A stretch of DNA of 63,873 nt, filler included, from Octopus bimaculoides (GCF_001194135.2; 11 parts of 10 records of this genome joined end to end with filler, not necessarily neighbours in it), one strand, 5' to 3'. Positions 11,340-22,959 are shown, counted from the whole stretch's first letter. Translations and numbers: made by a program. The notes: a model not told the origin generated them from the sequence alone.

Positions 11340-12835
11340 GCAGTAAGCAGAACAACAGTATCAAAACAACATCGATTACAACAGCAACACCAACAACATT
11401 GGTGATGAGGTGATAGATGGTGACAGCATGTTACACAAGTAGAATTAATGTCACAGCTGACGCTGTATGTATTACCTACAATTAAACCTCCACCACCATC
11501 CCATCCCCCCCGGCACCACCGCAACCACCACCATCACTGTTACGACCATCAGCAGCAGCAGTAGCATCATCATTTCTAACATAAATAACTAATTCCACTA
11601 CACACGCCAAGGCCATTACCACTTGCAACACGAATACCACTGACAACACCTTTACTGATATAACTACTACCACCAACACAATCTCAATCGCCACCATCAC
11701 CACCACCACCACCACCACCACCACTGCCACCACCACCACCACCACNNNNNNNNNNNNNNNNNNNNNNNNNNNNNNNNNNNNNNNNNNNNNNNNNNNNNNN
11801 NNNNNNNNNNNNNNNNNNNNNNNNNNNNNNNNNNNNNNNNNNNNNNNNNNNNNNNNNNNNNNNNNNNNNNNNNNNNNNNNNNNNNNNNNNNNNNNNNNNN
11901 NNNNNNNNNNNNNNNNNNNNNNNNNNNNNNNNNNNNNNNNNNNNNNNNNNNNNNNNNNNNNNNNNNNNNNNNNNNNNNNNNNNNNNNNNNNNNNNNNNNN
12001 NNNNNNNNNNNNNNNNNNNNNNNNNNNNNNNNNNNNNNNCACCACCACCACCACACCACCACACCACCACCTCTTCCGCTGCAGCTGCTGCCACCGCCAC
12101 TACCACCACCACCACCACTAACATAAATAACAAAGATACCACCATTAGCATTATCACCTCTGGCACGACTACCACCACCACCAACTCCACCATTGCCACT
12201 GCCACTGCCAACAACATCTCTAGCAATGCCATAACACAACAACCAACACCACTGCTACTACTACCACCACTACTATCACTACCAACGCTACCAACACCAG
12301 CACTATCAACACTGAAGCAGCCACTAATCAACACCACCACTACCACTAACCAACTTCAGTCAGTACTAACACATTTGTATTTACCAACCACTACCAATGC
12401 CATTAACACCTCACCTGTCATGTCTTCATTTGCCATGGACAGTGGCGTAACAACAACTACAACAATAACCACTGCACTACAGTATAACCATCACCATCAT
12501 CATCATCATCACTGCCACCACTACCATCATCATCATCAGCAGCACCGTTACTGCCACCACTATAACCATCACCACTGCCACCACCGCCACCACCACCATC
12601 ACTATCACCATCATCATCCTCATCATCATTCCATCACCATCACCACCACCACCATCAGCAGCAGCAGCAGCATCGCCACCACCACCACTGTCGTCCGCAC
12701 CACCAACATCACCAGCACCATCACCGCCAACATCACCAACACCACCACCAACAACACCACCACCACCACCAACACCAACACCACCACTATCGTCATCATC
12801 ATCATCATCATCAAAAACAACAGCAACAACAACGT
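11340..12835. repeat. Low-complexity CAC/CAT/CAA block interrupted by an N gap
   Basis: Direct inspection. Confidence 0.9.
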
Positions 12836-13327
12836 TCTATAATTCATTGCTGACCAGAAAAACTTATAATAATGGAAGAGGGAAGAAAAGGAGAAAGCAA
12901 CATATTCAGCTTAAAAGCTGTCAAAACACCTCTTTGAGGATTGAAAAACTGTTGTATATGTGATGGTCTTGTGTGTGGTGGTTGTGGCAGTGTGGTGGTT
13001 GTGGCAGTGTGGTGTAGCATGCGATGGTGTAATATGGTGGTGAGTGCATGGTGTTAAGGTATGTTGCTTCTCTTTTAGAAATAGGAAAGAAACACCAGAA
13101 GTCTGAACCGAAAGGCTTTTAATAGATAATACATATTTGGCATTGTTGAAAGGAGGAAGGAAAGAGCCAAAAAATATTTTTTGGAAACATAAGAAACACC
13201 CCTAAACTAAACAAAATAATAATGATGATGACGATAATAATGATGATGATGGTGGTGGTGGTGGTGGTGGCGGCGGCGGCAGCAGTGGTGGTGGTGATAA
13301 TGATGATATGATGATGATGATGATGAT

Positions 13328-14242
13328 GATGAATTCCCTGATGCAGTACCAAGCAGTGGCTCTCATGCCTTCTCATCTTAACTGATTGAAAGTGTTATCA
13401 TGTACATTGTTTTATCTTGGTATAAAAGATGGGCTACAGCAAATATTCTGTTCAATACCACAGATTTGCCTGTCAGTTGTTTGACTTTAACCAGTTGAGC
13501 ATGTCCCTTAGCAGCTGACGATATGTGCATCTCTGATCATGAGTAGAATTAGTGGGAGAGCACCATAGCCATGTGTTGAGAGGAATTCTTTGGGGTTTGA
13601 ATAATTCACCTCTGGAAACATGGGTGTTTCATTCAAAGCACTGCACACATCCTGGTCACCCCAATCACCAAGAGTACCTCAGGCAGGCACCCCACTTCCC
13701 TTCAATTGTTCTGGCTTACAGGCGAATGTTCAGAGTAGACCCATTCACACAGACCATCCTCGCTACATTCACCCACCTTTCAGAATAAATACTGGGGGGC
13801 AGAATTTCCATCTCTACCTTCACTTTCCTTTTCAAGTAGAACTACCAGACACTGGCTCTCATAGCTTCTGATCTTAACTGATTGGAAGTATTATCATGTA
13901 CATGTTTTGTCTTGGTATAAAAGATGGGCTACAGTAAATATTCTGCTCACTACCACAGATTTTCATTCATTCATTCAACATCCTTAAACAACCCTTATCG
14001 AGGGGCCTTTTGAGTGAGATGGGCTACTTGAGCTGAAGAAAATTCTAACTGGGCCCACCTACAAGGTCATGTGTAGTTTATCTTGATATGAGATCACCTA
14101 GTTGTGCACATATGTCTGTGATGCAAGTGCCTAGTGTGCCCTAATCAGATGGGTAGTCATGATGGGTATATTGAGCTTCATATATTTGCAACCCAGTGTC
14201 ACTTTGATGGCATGCACAGCTCTCTCACTCAATAATAATAAT
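13328..14242 (+). mobile_element. Repeat family D (LINE 3'-end-like, (AAT)n tail) with internal duplication
   Basis: Block ggctctcat...gatgggctacag.aaatattctg occurs at about 13357-13470 and 13853-13960, and partly again at 15893-16052; ends ctctcactc(aat)n. Confidence 0.7.
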
Positions 14243-14247
14243 GATGG

Positions 14248-14458
14248 TTTCAAATTTTGGCAAAAGACCAGTAATTTTGGGAGGGGTAAGTCATTTACAT
14301 TGATCCCAGTGTTCAACTGGCACTTTGTTTTATCACTCCCAAAACGATGAAAAACAAAATTGAATTTGGCAGAATTAAAACTCAGAACCTAAAGACAGAC
14401 GGAATGCTGCAAAGTACTTTGTCCAGCATGCTAATGATTCTGTTAGCTTGTTGCCTTG
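14248..14458 (-). mobile_element. Old SINE A-related copy
   Basis: Diverged reverse complement of the SINE A head/core, bounded by (AAT)n and (GAT)n. Confidence 0.7.
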
Positions 14459-14744
14459 ATGATGATTATCATCATCATGACAATGATGACAACGACAACA
14501 ACAGCGAGATGGATAATTGGTTAGAAAAGATAGGCATAATAATGAAAAATAGAGTATATCCAGAAAACAGCATTACTTGGCAGTGCAAGGAGTCTCTAGA
14601 AAGTCCTTAAGACTCGGAAGGAACACACCCCCTTAGTTCAGCTGCTACATAAATGGCATCTCCAGCAACAAGCTATGTTAGATATCATAGTAAATGATAG
14701 CAATAATGATGATGAATGATGATGATGATGATGATGATGATGAT

Positions 14745-14950
14745 TCGAAATTTTGGTGCAAAGCCAGCAATTTCAGAAGAGGGGTATGTCAATTACATCA
14801 ACCCCAGAGTTCAACTGGTATTTATTTTATCAACTCCAAAAAGATAAAAGGTAAAGTCAACCTAGCCAGAATTTGAACTCAGAACATAAAAGCAGATGAA
14901 TTGCTGCTAAGCATTTTGCACAGCATGCTAATGATTCTGCCAGCTCACTA
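14745..14950 (-). mobile_element. Old SINE A-related copy
   Basis: gtcaacctagccagaatttgaactcagaac...gctaagcattttgc; abuts a (GAT)n tract. Confidence 0.75.
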
Positions 14951-15013
14951 CTAAATTGCATCAGATTTTGATACAAGGCCTGAGATTATCAGGAAGACGG
15001 TAAGTTGATTACA

Positions 15014-15383
15014 GTGGAGGCACAATGACCCAGTGGTTAGGGCAGTGGACTCGTGGTTTCAATTCCCAGACTGGGCGTTGTGAGTGTTTATTGAGCGAAA
15101 ACACCTAAAGTTCCACAAGGCTCCGGCAGGGGATGGTGGCGAACCCTGCTGTACTCTTCCACCACAACTTTCTCTCACTCTTACTTCCTGTTTCTGTTGT
15201 ACCTGTAATTCAAAGGGCCAGCCTTATCATACTCTGTGTCATGCTGAATCTCCCCGAGAACTACATTAAGGGTACACGTGTCTGTGGAGTGCTCAGCCAC
15301 TTGCACGTTAATTTCACGAGCAGGTTGTTCCGTTGATTAGATCAACTGGAACCCCTGATGTCATAAGCGACGGAGTGCCAACC
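15014..15383 (+). mobile_element. SINE family C nested in an old SINE A copy (14962-15523, minus)
   Basis: 12-bp TSD aagttgattaca at 15002-15013 and 15384-15395; homologous to 10776-11167 and 45279-45660. Confidence 0.92.
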
Positions 15384-15535
15384 AAGTTGATTACATCTTC
15401 TCTAGTGTTTAACTGATACTCATTTTGTTGACCCTGAAAGGATGAAAGTTGATCTCAGCAGTATTTGATCTCTGAATGTAAAGACAAATGAAATGCTTCT
15501 AACAATTCTACAAGCTTGTTGCTTAATAATAATAA

Positions 15536-15695
15536 CCCAAGAACATTAAGAATCAAGAGAGGGATCTTTCAAGGAGACACTGCATCTCTTTTACTATTTA
15601 TTTTATGCATGTTTCCTTTAACATGGCTACTGAGAAAAGTAACTTCTGCATATGAGTTTAAAAGAAAACAGTAAAAGATCAACCATCAGTCATTT
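15536..15695 (+). pseudogene. R4/Dong-like RT fragment
   Basis: RIKRGIFQGDTASLLLFILCMFPLTWLLRK...INH matches the RT GIFQGDSLSPLLF...INHL motif; starts directly after (TAA)4. Confidence 0.75.
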
Positions 15696-15892
15696 ATTAC
15701 ACTATGTAACATTTTTGTCAGTAAGTGTTATTTTATTTTTTTTATTTGTTTTTGTCTAGAAATCAAAGGGAATGACTATCATTCCCTTCAAACTTTACTT
15801 TTGTCAACTGGGCATCAATGTTTTGAAACTGACCTATTTTCCATTACATTTCAGACAGATTCAGCACTGAGTTGCTGGAGCAGAAAATATCA

Positions 15893-16052
15893 TTATAGTA
15901 AATATTCTGCTCAATACCACAGACTAGCTTGTCTGTTGCTTGACCATAACCAGTTGAGCATGTCCCTTAGTGGCTGATCATAAACAGAAGTAGTGGAATA
16001 GTGAGGGGAACATCACAGCTAGGTGTTGAGGGATTCTTTGGGGTTTGAATAA
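15893..16052 (+). repeat. Repeat family D internal fragment
   Basis: aaatattctgctcaataccacaga...ccagttgagcatgtcccttag...ttctttggggtttgaat shared with 13440-13610. Confidence 0.75.
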
Positions 16053-16401
16053 ATGTAACAAAAACAAAGCTCATATTTTCTAAGGGTAAGCAAATAAGAA
16101 ATAACAGTTGCTACCCAAGGATAAAAATCATGTTACACAGTATTATTTATGGATAACCTCTAACTGTATGGTAAGAACAAAGCAGAAAGCAATTCTTTAG
16201 TGAACATGATTCATTGCTTTAGAACAAGAGTCATGAAATTTTGGTAAAATTGTAAAGCAGAAACTGATTTGGATTCTTTGCCATTTATCCCCATTAATCT
16301 ATAAGGAATTGCACAAACATCACAACTATCTGTTTTCCTTCTCAAAAATAATTACAATATTCATGGCTGTGAATTTCACTGTAATTGATAGTTTAAGAAA
16401 G

Positions 16402-16598
16402 CACAAACTCCATTCAGACAGATTGATGTATTACATAAAAGTGAAGTCTGCAGAGGTGGGCATGATCACCAGGACACTGTAGTGTCCTGGTGGTGTTCAT
16501 GCCCACTTCATTAACATAATTACCATAACCATCCTCCTTTTCATTATCTGTATAGCCTTCTATGTCTCTCCATAAAGGAGGATATATATACATGTGTG
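16402..16598. repeat. Diverged local duplicate, copy A (partner 17483-17645); contains a 57-nt hairpin at 16453-16509
   Basis: Identical 21-mer gtggtgttcatgcccacttca (16490-16510 and 17528-17548) plus shared ttcattatctgtat, aaggagga and atatacatgtgtg. Confidence 0.85.
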
Positions 16599-16693
16599 AT
16601 ATTTATACAAGCGTGATATATCTACGTGTGTGCATGCATGTGTGTGCATGCATGTGTGTGTGTGTGTACATAATGGATTTCCACACAGTTTCT

Positions 16694-16912
16694 TATTTCT
16701 TTATTGCCCACAAGGGGCTAAACATAGAGGGGACAAACAAGGACAGACAAAGGGATTAAGTCGATTACATCAACCCCAGTGCGTAACTGGTACTTAATTT
16801 ATCGACCCCGAAAGGATGAAAGGCAAAGTTGACCTTGGCGGAATTTGAACTCAGAACGTAGCGGCAGATGAACTACTGCTAAGCATTTCGCCCGGCGTGC
16901 TAAGGTTTTCTG
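16694..16912 (-). mobile_element. SINE A1 inserted into a SINE B copy (host continues to about 17050)
   Basis: 13-bp TSD ccacac(a/g)gtttct at 16681-16693 and 16913-16925. Confidence 0.92.
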
Positions 16913-17179
16913 CCACACGGTTTCTACCTACCAAATTAACTAACAAGGTATTGGTCGACCCAGGGCTGTAGTAGAAGACATTTCCTCAAAATGCTGCACA
17001 GTGAGACTGAACCCAAAACCACATGGTTTCCAGTTTAGTCTTATACAGCCATGCATGCACCTACCAGTTTGTCTTTAAGTCTATGTTTACTCAGTTGATT
17101 TAAATACTGAAAATAAATTTTGTTTCGTTTACATACAATATTCTACCACTTTCAGCCTCTGTTCTTCCTTTCACTCTGT

Positions 17180-17460
17180 GGTATGATGTCAGCAACTGGG
17201 GAGCTGACCACTGACCGGAACCATGAACTGACCGGAATGGCGAACTGACCGGAAGAGGAAGAGAGCAGAGGGAGCCTCGATCGGGATTTCGTGCCCTCTT
17301 TCGAACGGGGTTGTTGTGAGGAGAGGACATGCCAAGCGATCGTCTAAGTGTTGGGAGAAGCAGCTGCTATTTCTAGTGTTCTTCGGGTTGGGCCAGCCGC
17401 GAGGATAGGATACCGCAGGACAGACTCGTGCAAAGGAAGGAAAACCGAGGTAAGCCGATT
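17180..17460 (+). promoter_or_regulatory. CpG-rich block with three 17-bp-spaced ACTGACCGGAA motifs (candidate promoter or TE-derived regulatory segment)
   Basis: TGATGTCA at 17184; ACTGACCGGAA at 17210, 17227, 17244; dense CpG; CCGAG/GTAAGC donor-like site near 17450. Part resembles repeat family E. Confidence 0.35.
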
Positions 17461-17482
17461 ACTTCTACTCGCACGCATACAC

Positions 17483-17635
17483 CACACACTCCATTGTCTA
17501 TTCTTTGTGCATAGCTTCTGTAATGTAGTGGTGTTCATGCCCACTTCACTAATGTAGTCAACATAGCCATTCTTTATTTCTTTGTATTCATTATCTGTAT
17601 GCCTCTCTCTCTAAGATGATAAGGAGGAAGATATA

Positions 17636-17645
<10 letters not shown>
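17483..17645. repeat. Diverged local duplicate, copy B (no hairpin left arm)
   Basis: See copy A. Confidence 0.85.
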
Positions 17646-17687
<42 letters not shown>

Positions 17688-18609
17688 ATCACAGGCATAG
17701 CTGTGTGAGTAAGAAGTATGCTTTGCAACCACATGGTTTTGGGTCCAGTGCCTTTTCACAGCACCTTGAGCAATTGTCTTCTACTATATCATTAGACCAA
17801 CTAGTGTCTTGTTAGAGGTAACAAAGATGAAGCGGATGAAGAAGATGATAATAACAATGATGACAATGGCAATGACCAATGAGGATGATGACGACGATGA
17901 CAATAACTGTGATGATGATGATGATGATGACGACGAAGATGATCACGACAATGACGACAATGATGATGATGTTGATGATTATGATGACGATGACAAAAAT
18001 GATGATGGTAGTGGTGGTGGTGGTGGTGGTGGTGGTGGTGGTGGTGGTANNNNNNNNNNNNNNNNNTATGATGACGATGACAAAAATGATGATGGTAGTG
18101 GTGGTGGTGGTGGTGGTGGTGGTGGTGGTGGTGGTAGTGATGATAATAATGATGATGATGGTGATGATGATGATGATGATGATGATATCAGCAGTGAAAA
18201 TACTTAAAACACACTAAAAAGAATTAAAAACTATACCTAAACCAATTAGTTTCAGATGATTCATTTATTTAAAAACAAAAAGGCATAATTTTTAGTTATG
18301 AATGGAAACCTAACCAAACAGAAAGTGTGAATGAAAAACTAATGAGAGTTTGGCTAGTCTGAATAAAAGCCAAACAATAATTGGTAAATATGGATTATTT
18401 TTGACGCGACACAAATCATTTGGGGTCAAGGAAGAATAACAGTTACCATAGTCAATTAACACTATAATTAGTTTTTTGTTTACTAACTCCAGAGGAAAAG
18501 TTAATGAAGGAAAGGTGATGGGATGAATTGTGTAGGGCTATACTATATTATATGAGCAAGTATGAGAAGAAGGTACCGGGGAAAGAAGACAGGAATAGAT
18601 CTGTATGTG

Positions 18610-18691
<82 letters not shown>

Positions 18692-18860
18692 NNNNNNNNN
18701 NNNNNNNNNNNNNNNNNNNNNNNNNNNNNNNNNNNTTAATTAATTAANNNNNNNNNNNNNNNNNNNNNNNNNNNNNNNNNNNNNNNNNNNNTGTCACTTA
18801 CTGTCAAACCACCCATCTCATGCCAGCATGGAAGAGGGACGTTAAATATTGATGTTGATA

Positions 18861-18901
<41 letters not shown>

Positions 18902-19466
18902 GACGACGACAACAATGATGATGATGATGATGGTGATGGTGATAATGATCCATGCACTGGAATGGAACCCAGAATCACATGGTTAAGAAATGAAACATGT
19001 AGCCCACACAGCTATACGTGCACCTAATTTATAATTAACCAATTTTGTTTCCCCCCCCCCTACTCTTTAGCGAACACGACCTTGGTGGAAAGACAAATTA
19101 CAGGAGAGCTGGTGTTTCTTTTCAGAAAATATTTTTAGTCACATAATACTCGTTAATACTCGTTAAGTTAATTAATGACATTAGAGCACTGACTCACACA
19201 CACAGGTACATATATACATACATACATACATACACACATACATACATACACACATACATACATAAGCACATTCGTACATACACACATACATGTCTACATA
19301 CGTATATTCATACATACATACATACATACATACATACACACATATATACATAAATACACATACATACAAACATACACACATACATAGATATGTACATTAA
19401 AACTTATAATTCATGCTTAGATACATACACGCATACATACATACAGCCATCCATTCATACATATAC

Positions 19467-19857
19467 TCTTTTACTCTTTTACTTGTTTCAGTCATTTGAC
19501 TGCAGCCATGCTGGAGCACCGCCTTTTAGTCGACCAAATTAACCCCAGGACTTATTCTTTGTAAGCCTAGTACTTATTCTATCAGGCACTTTTGCCAAAC
19601 CGCTAAGTTACGGGGACGTAAACACACCAGCATCGGTTGTCAATCGATGTTGGGGGGACAAACACAGACACACAAACATATACACACTCATACACATATA
19701 TACGACGGGCTTCTTTCAGCTTCCGTCTACCAAATCCACTCACAAGGCTTTGGTCGGCCTGAGGCCATAGTAGAAGACACTTGCCCAAGGTGCCACGCAG
19801 TGGGACTGAACCTGGAACCATGTGGTTTGTAAGCTAGCTACTTACCACACAGCCACT
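19467..19857 (-). mobile_element. SINE family B, full length with internal (CA/TA) microsatellite
   Basis: Head gtggctgtgtggtaag...ggttcagtccc, central ggcaccttgggcaagtgtcttc block, internal microsatellite, tail gactgaaacaagtaaaagagtaaaaga. Confidence 0.92.
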
Positions 19858-19925
19858 GTACATGCATGCATACATACATGTATAAAAATGAGAATACCTA
19901 CAAATGAAGTTGACCTTATTGAGAG

Positions 19926-20365
19926 ATGGACGGGTCAGAAGAATACTGGTGGAACTTAAAAATTAAAACAGCCACCAAGTTAAAGCACAACTGGCCAGAT
20001 ATCGTTGTGTGGGATCACAAAGAAAAGACATGTTCTGTTGTAGAATTTAGCAGCCCTCTGGTCTCGAATGTGGTTAGAAAAATACAAAAGAAAGGGGACA
20101 TCTATGGACCATTGATAAGGAGTTTGCAAATCCAGTCCCCAAGATACACTTTCGGGTTCATATCCATTAATATTGGAGCAACAGGATACATACCGACCAG
20201 TCTGGAGCAAAGTATGGTTGAACTTGGGATCTTGGGGAGAGAATGAAAATCCTTAATTCATGCGATACAAATGATCAGGGTATCTGGGACTATAAAAATC
20301 TGCAAGACCTTCTCGGTATCTGGGACTATAAAAATCTGCAAGACCTTCTCAAGATTTAAAGGATG
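19926..20365 (+). pseudogene. RLE-type LINE (R4/Dong/NeSL-like) endonuclease domain and C-terminus
   Basis: KHNWPDIVVWDHKEKTCSVVEFSSP...IGATGYIP...*...SGTIKICKTF: PD-(D/E)xK-type endonuclease motif; in-frame stop; 36-bp tandem duplication 20279-20350. Confidence 0.85.
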
Positions 20366-20634
20366 AAAGTTCAAATAAGATGCTTTCTTTCACAACTTTG
20401 CTACCAAGAAGGAAGACGGTCAAAATTTAGTCTAAATTTAAAAAGGAAAAGAGAAATATATACATACATACATACACACACACACATACATACACATACA
20501 CATACACAAACATACATACATATACACACACATACATACATACATACATACATACATACATACATACATACATACAAACATACATATATGCATATATACA
20601 TATGTATATATATACATATATACAAACCTCAATA

Positions 20635-20835
20635 AAATGTAAACATAATAGACCTGACATAGAAATTTGGGATGGAGAAAAGAAAGCCTGTACAGTTGTG
20701 GAAATCAGCCGCCCAGCGGATGTTAAAGAAAATACCTATGCTGAAATATTGAGGAATCTACAGCTACTCTATCCAAATTACAAGTTTTAGGTTTATCACC
20801 TGTAATTATTGGGGTACTGGGATATGTGACACACT
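20635..20835 (+). pseudogene. Second RLE endonuclease fragment of a related family
   Basis: CKHNRPDIEIWDGEKKACTVVEISRPAD...LQLLYPNYKF then PVIIGVLGYV after a frameshift. Confidence 0.8.
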
Positions 20836-21112
20836 GCATAAGTAAATAGACAGACAGACAGACACACAGATAGATAGATAGATAGATAGACAGACAAGGA
20901 ATACAAGATGAGGTGAGGGAACAAACACATAGAAAAAGGGTGAGAGGGAGAAACAGGAGAAAGAGAGAGAGAGAGGTAAATGGCATTCCTTCGATTTATG
21001 AGTACAAAATTATTAGAAAAAAAATGATTGTAAGCAATCTTGGCATTAAAATTGTAAAAAAATTATTATTATTATTATTGTTATTGTTATTATTATTATT
21101 ATTATTATTAAG

Positions 21113-21260
21113 CAGAGGCATGGTTATGTGGTAAGAAGCTTGCTTCCCAGTTACATAATTTTGGGTTCAGTCCCACTGTGTGGCACCTTGGACAAGTGTC
21201 TTCTACTATAGCCTCAAGCTTTGTGAGTGGATTTGGTTGATGGAAACTGAAAAGAAGTCC
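21113..21260 (+). mobile_element. SINE B 5' half with internal deletion
   Basis: ggcatggttatgtggtaagaagcttgcttccc...ggttcagtcccactgtgtggcaccttgg; follows (TTA)n. Confidence 0.85.
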
Positions 21261-22362
21261 GATGAACTGTTAATCGCTACAAAAAATTTTTTCTCTCTCC
21301 ATTTTTTTCATTCTCTCTCCTTTTCTTCCTCTTAATCCTTTCTGTCGAAGAGCTTAGGCTCAAAACATCAAAGACTTTTCCATTCTTCCCATGCATCAAA
21401 CTAATACATCTGCTTGTTGTTCCTTCACCTGTCTTCATCTTTTGTTTTCTGTAAATTTGAACTATATATATATATAATATATATATATCTATATANNNNN
21501 NNNNNNNNNNNNNNNNNNNNNNNNNNNNNNNNNNNNNNNNNNNNNNNNNNNNNNNNNNNNNNNNNNNNNNNNNNNNNNNNNNNNNNNNNNNNNNNNNNNN
21601 NNNNNNNNNNNNNNNNNNNNNNNNNNNNNNNNNNNNNNNNNNNNNNNNNNNNNNNNNNNNNNNNNNNNNNNNNNNNNNNNNNNNNNNNNNNNNNNNNNNN
21701 NNNNNNNNNNNNNNNNNNNNNNNNNNNNNNNNNNNNNNNNNNNNNNNNNNNNNNNNNNNNNNNNNNNNNNNNNNNNNNNNNNNNNNNNNNNNNNNNNNNN
21801 NNNNNNNNNNNNNNNNNNNNNNNNNNNNNNNNNNNNNNNNNNNNNNNNNNNNNNNNNNNNNNNNNNNNNNNNNNNNNNNNNNNNNNNNNNNNNNNNNNNN
21901 NNNNNNNNNNNNNNNNNNNNNNNNNNNNNNNNNNNNNNNNNNNNNNNNNNNNNNNNNNNNNNNNNNNNNNNNNNNNNNNNNNNNNNNNNNNNNNNNNNNN
22001 NNNNNNNNNNNNNNNNNNNNNNNNNNNNNNNNNNNNNNNNNNNNNNNNNNNNNNNNNNNNNNNNNNNNNNNNNNNNNNNNNNNNNNNNNNNNNNNNNNNN
22101 NNNNNNNNNNNNNNNNNNNNNNNNNNNNNNNNNNNNNNNNNNNNNNNNNNNNNNNNNNNNNNNNNNNNNNNNNNNNAGGGATAAAATCCTTTTTTCTTTT
22201 TAAAAGCATCTATTACACTATTCTCCTTTTGTTTCTTGACTCCCGTAAGGCGTCTCAGAACATTCACACTTTAGTTTGACCGATAGGACAACACATTGCA
22301 AAATCACTGAACTTCATTACAAATGTGGGTAATTTTTCAGATTAGCACCCGCATGATTTTCA

Positions 22363-22959
22363 CTAGGGTGTTAGGGTTAGGGTTTTAGGGTTACGGTTAG
22401 GGGGTAGTCTTCAAGTTCAGGGATAAAAAAAAAGTAAATAAAAATCAAGTGAAGTAACTGAACGTCTTACTGTCTTACCAGTATTATCCGTACTACTCTG
22501 TTTATAAATAAATCACACACGTGATTTGATTGAAGTTAACTGAGAGATCGAAAATGCCTCGTGGAAGACCGGAATATTTTTATTTACTTTATTTTACCTC
22601 CCTAAACTTGAAGATTACCTTATTTTCATCTTATCTACATGAATTTCTATGGCGGAATTCAACCCCAAAAGAAAAAAACATTCGTTTATTTTTTGGCTGC
22701 CATTTCTGACGTCTATAATGTTGAGTAGGTTAATTTCTAGAACTGCATGCCGACCCTTGAATAAATATCTAATATCTGTTGAATTTCATTATCATTTCCA
22801 TTGACAAAGTTCTCTCCTTCTGTCGCATGCTGTTTTAGAAAAAAAAACCCGTGTGTAAAAAAAACAAAAAAAACACGTGTGTGATTTATTTATAAACAGC
22901 TAAAAGAAAACACATTTCAGAGTAGTACGGACAATACTGGTAAGTTGTTCAGTTATTTC
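22363..22959. mobile_element. Non-autonomous element with TTAGGG-like tract and two interleaved inverted-repeat pairs (Helentron/HINE-like, tentative)
   Basis: TTAGGG-like 22363-22403; IR a 22404-22445 / 22576-22618; IR b 22451-22523 / 22874-22959. Confidence 0.5.

Noticed and set aside
22363-22403. Interstitial telomere or chromosome-fusion scar
   Set aside because: Only about six degenerate units, embedded in an inverted-repeat element.
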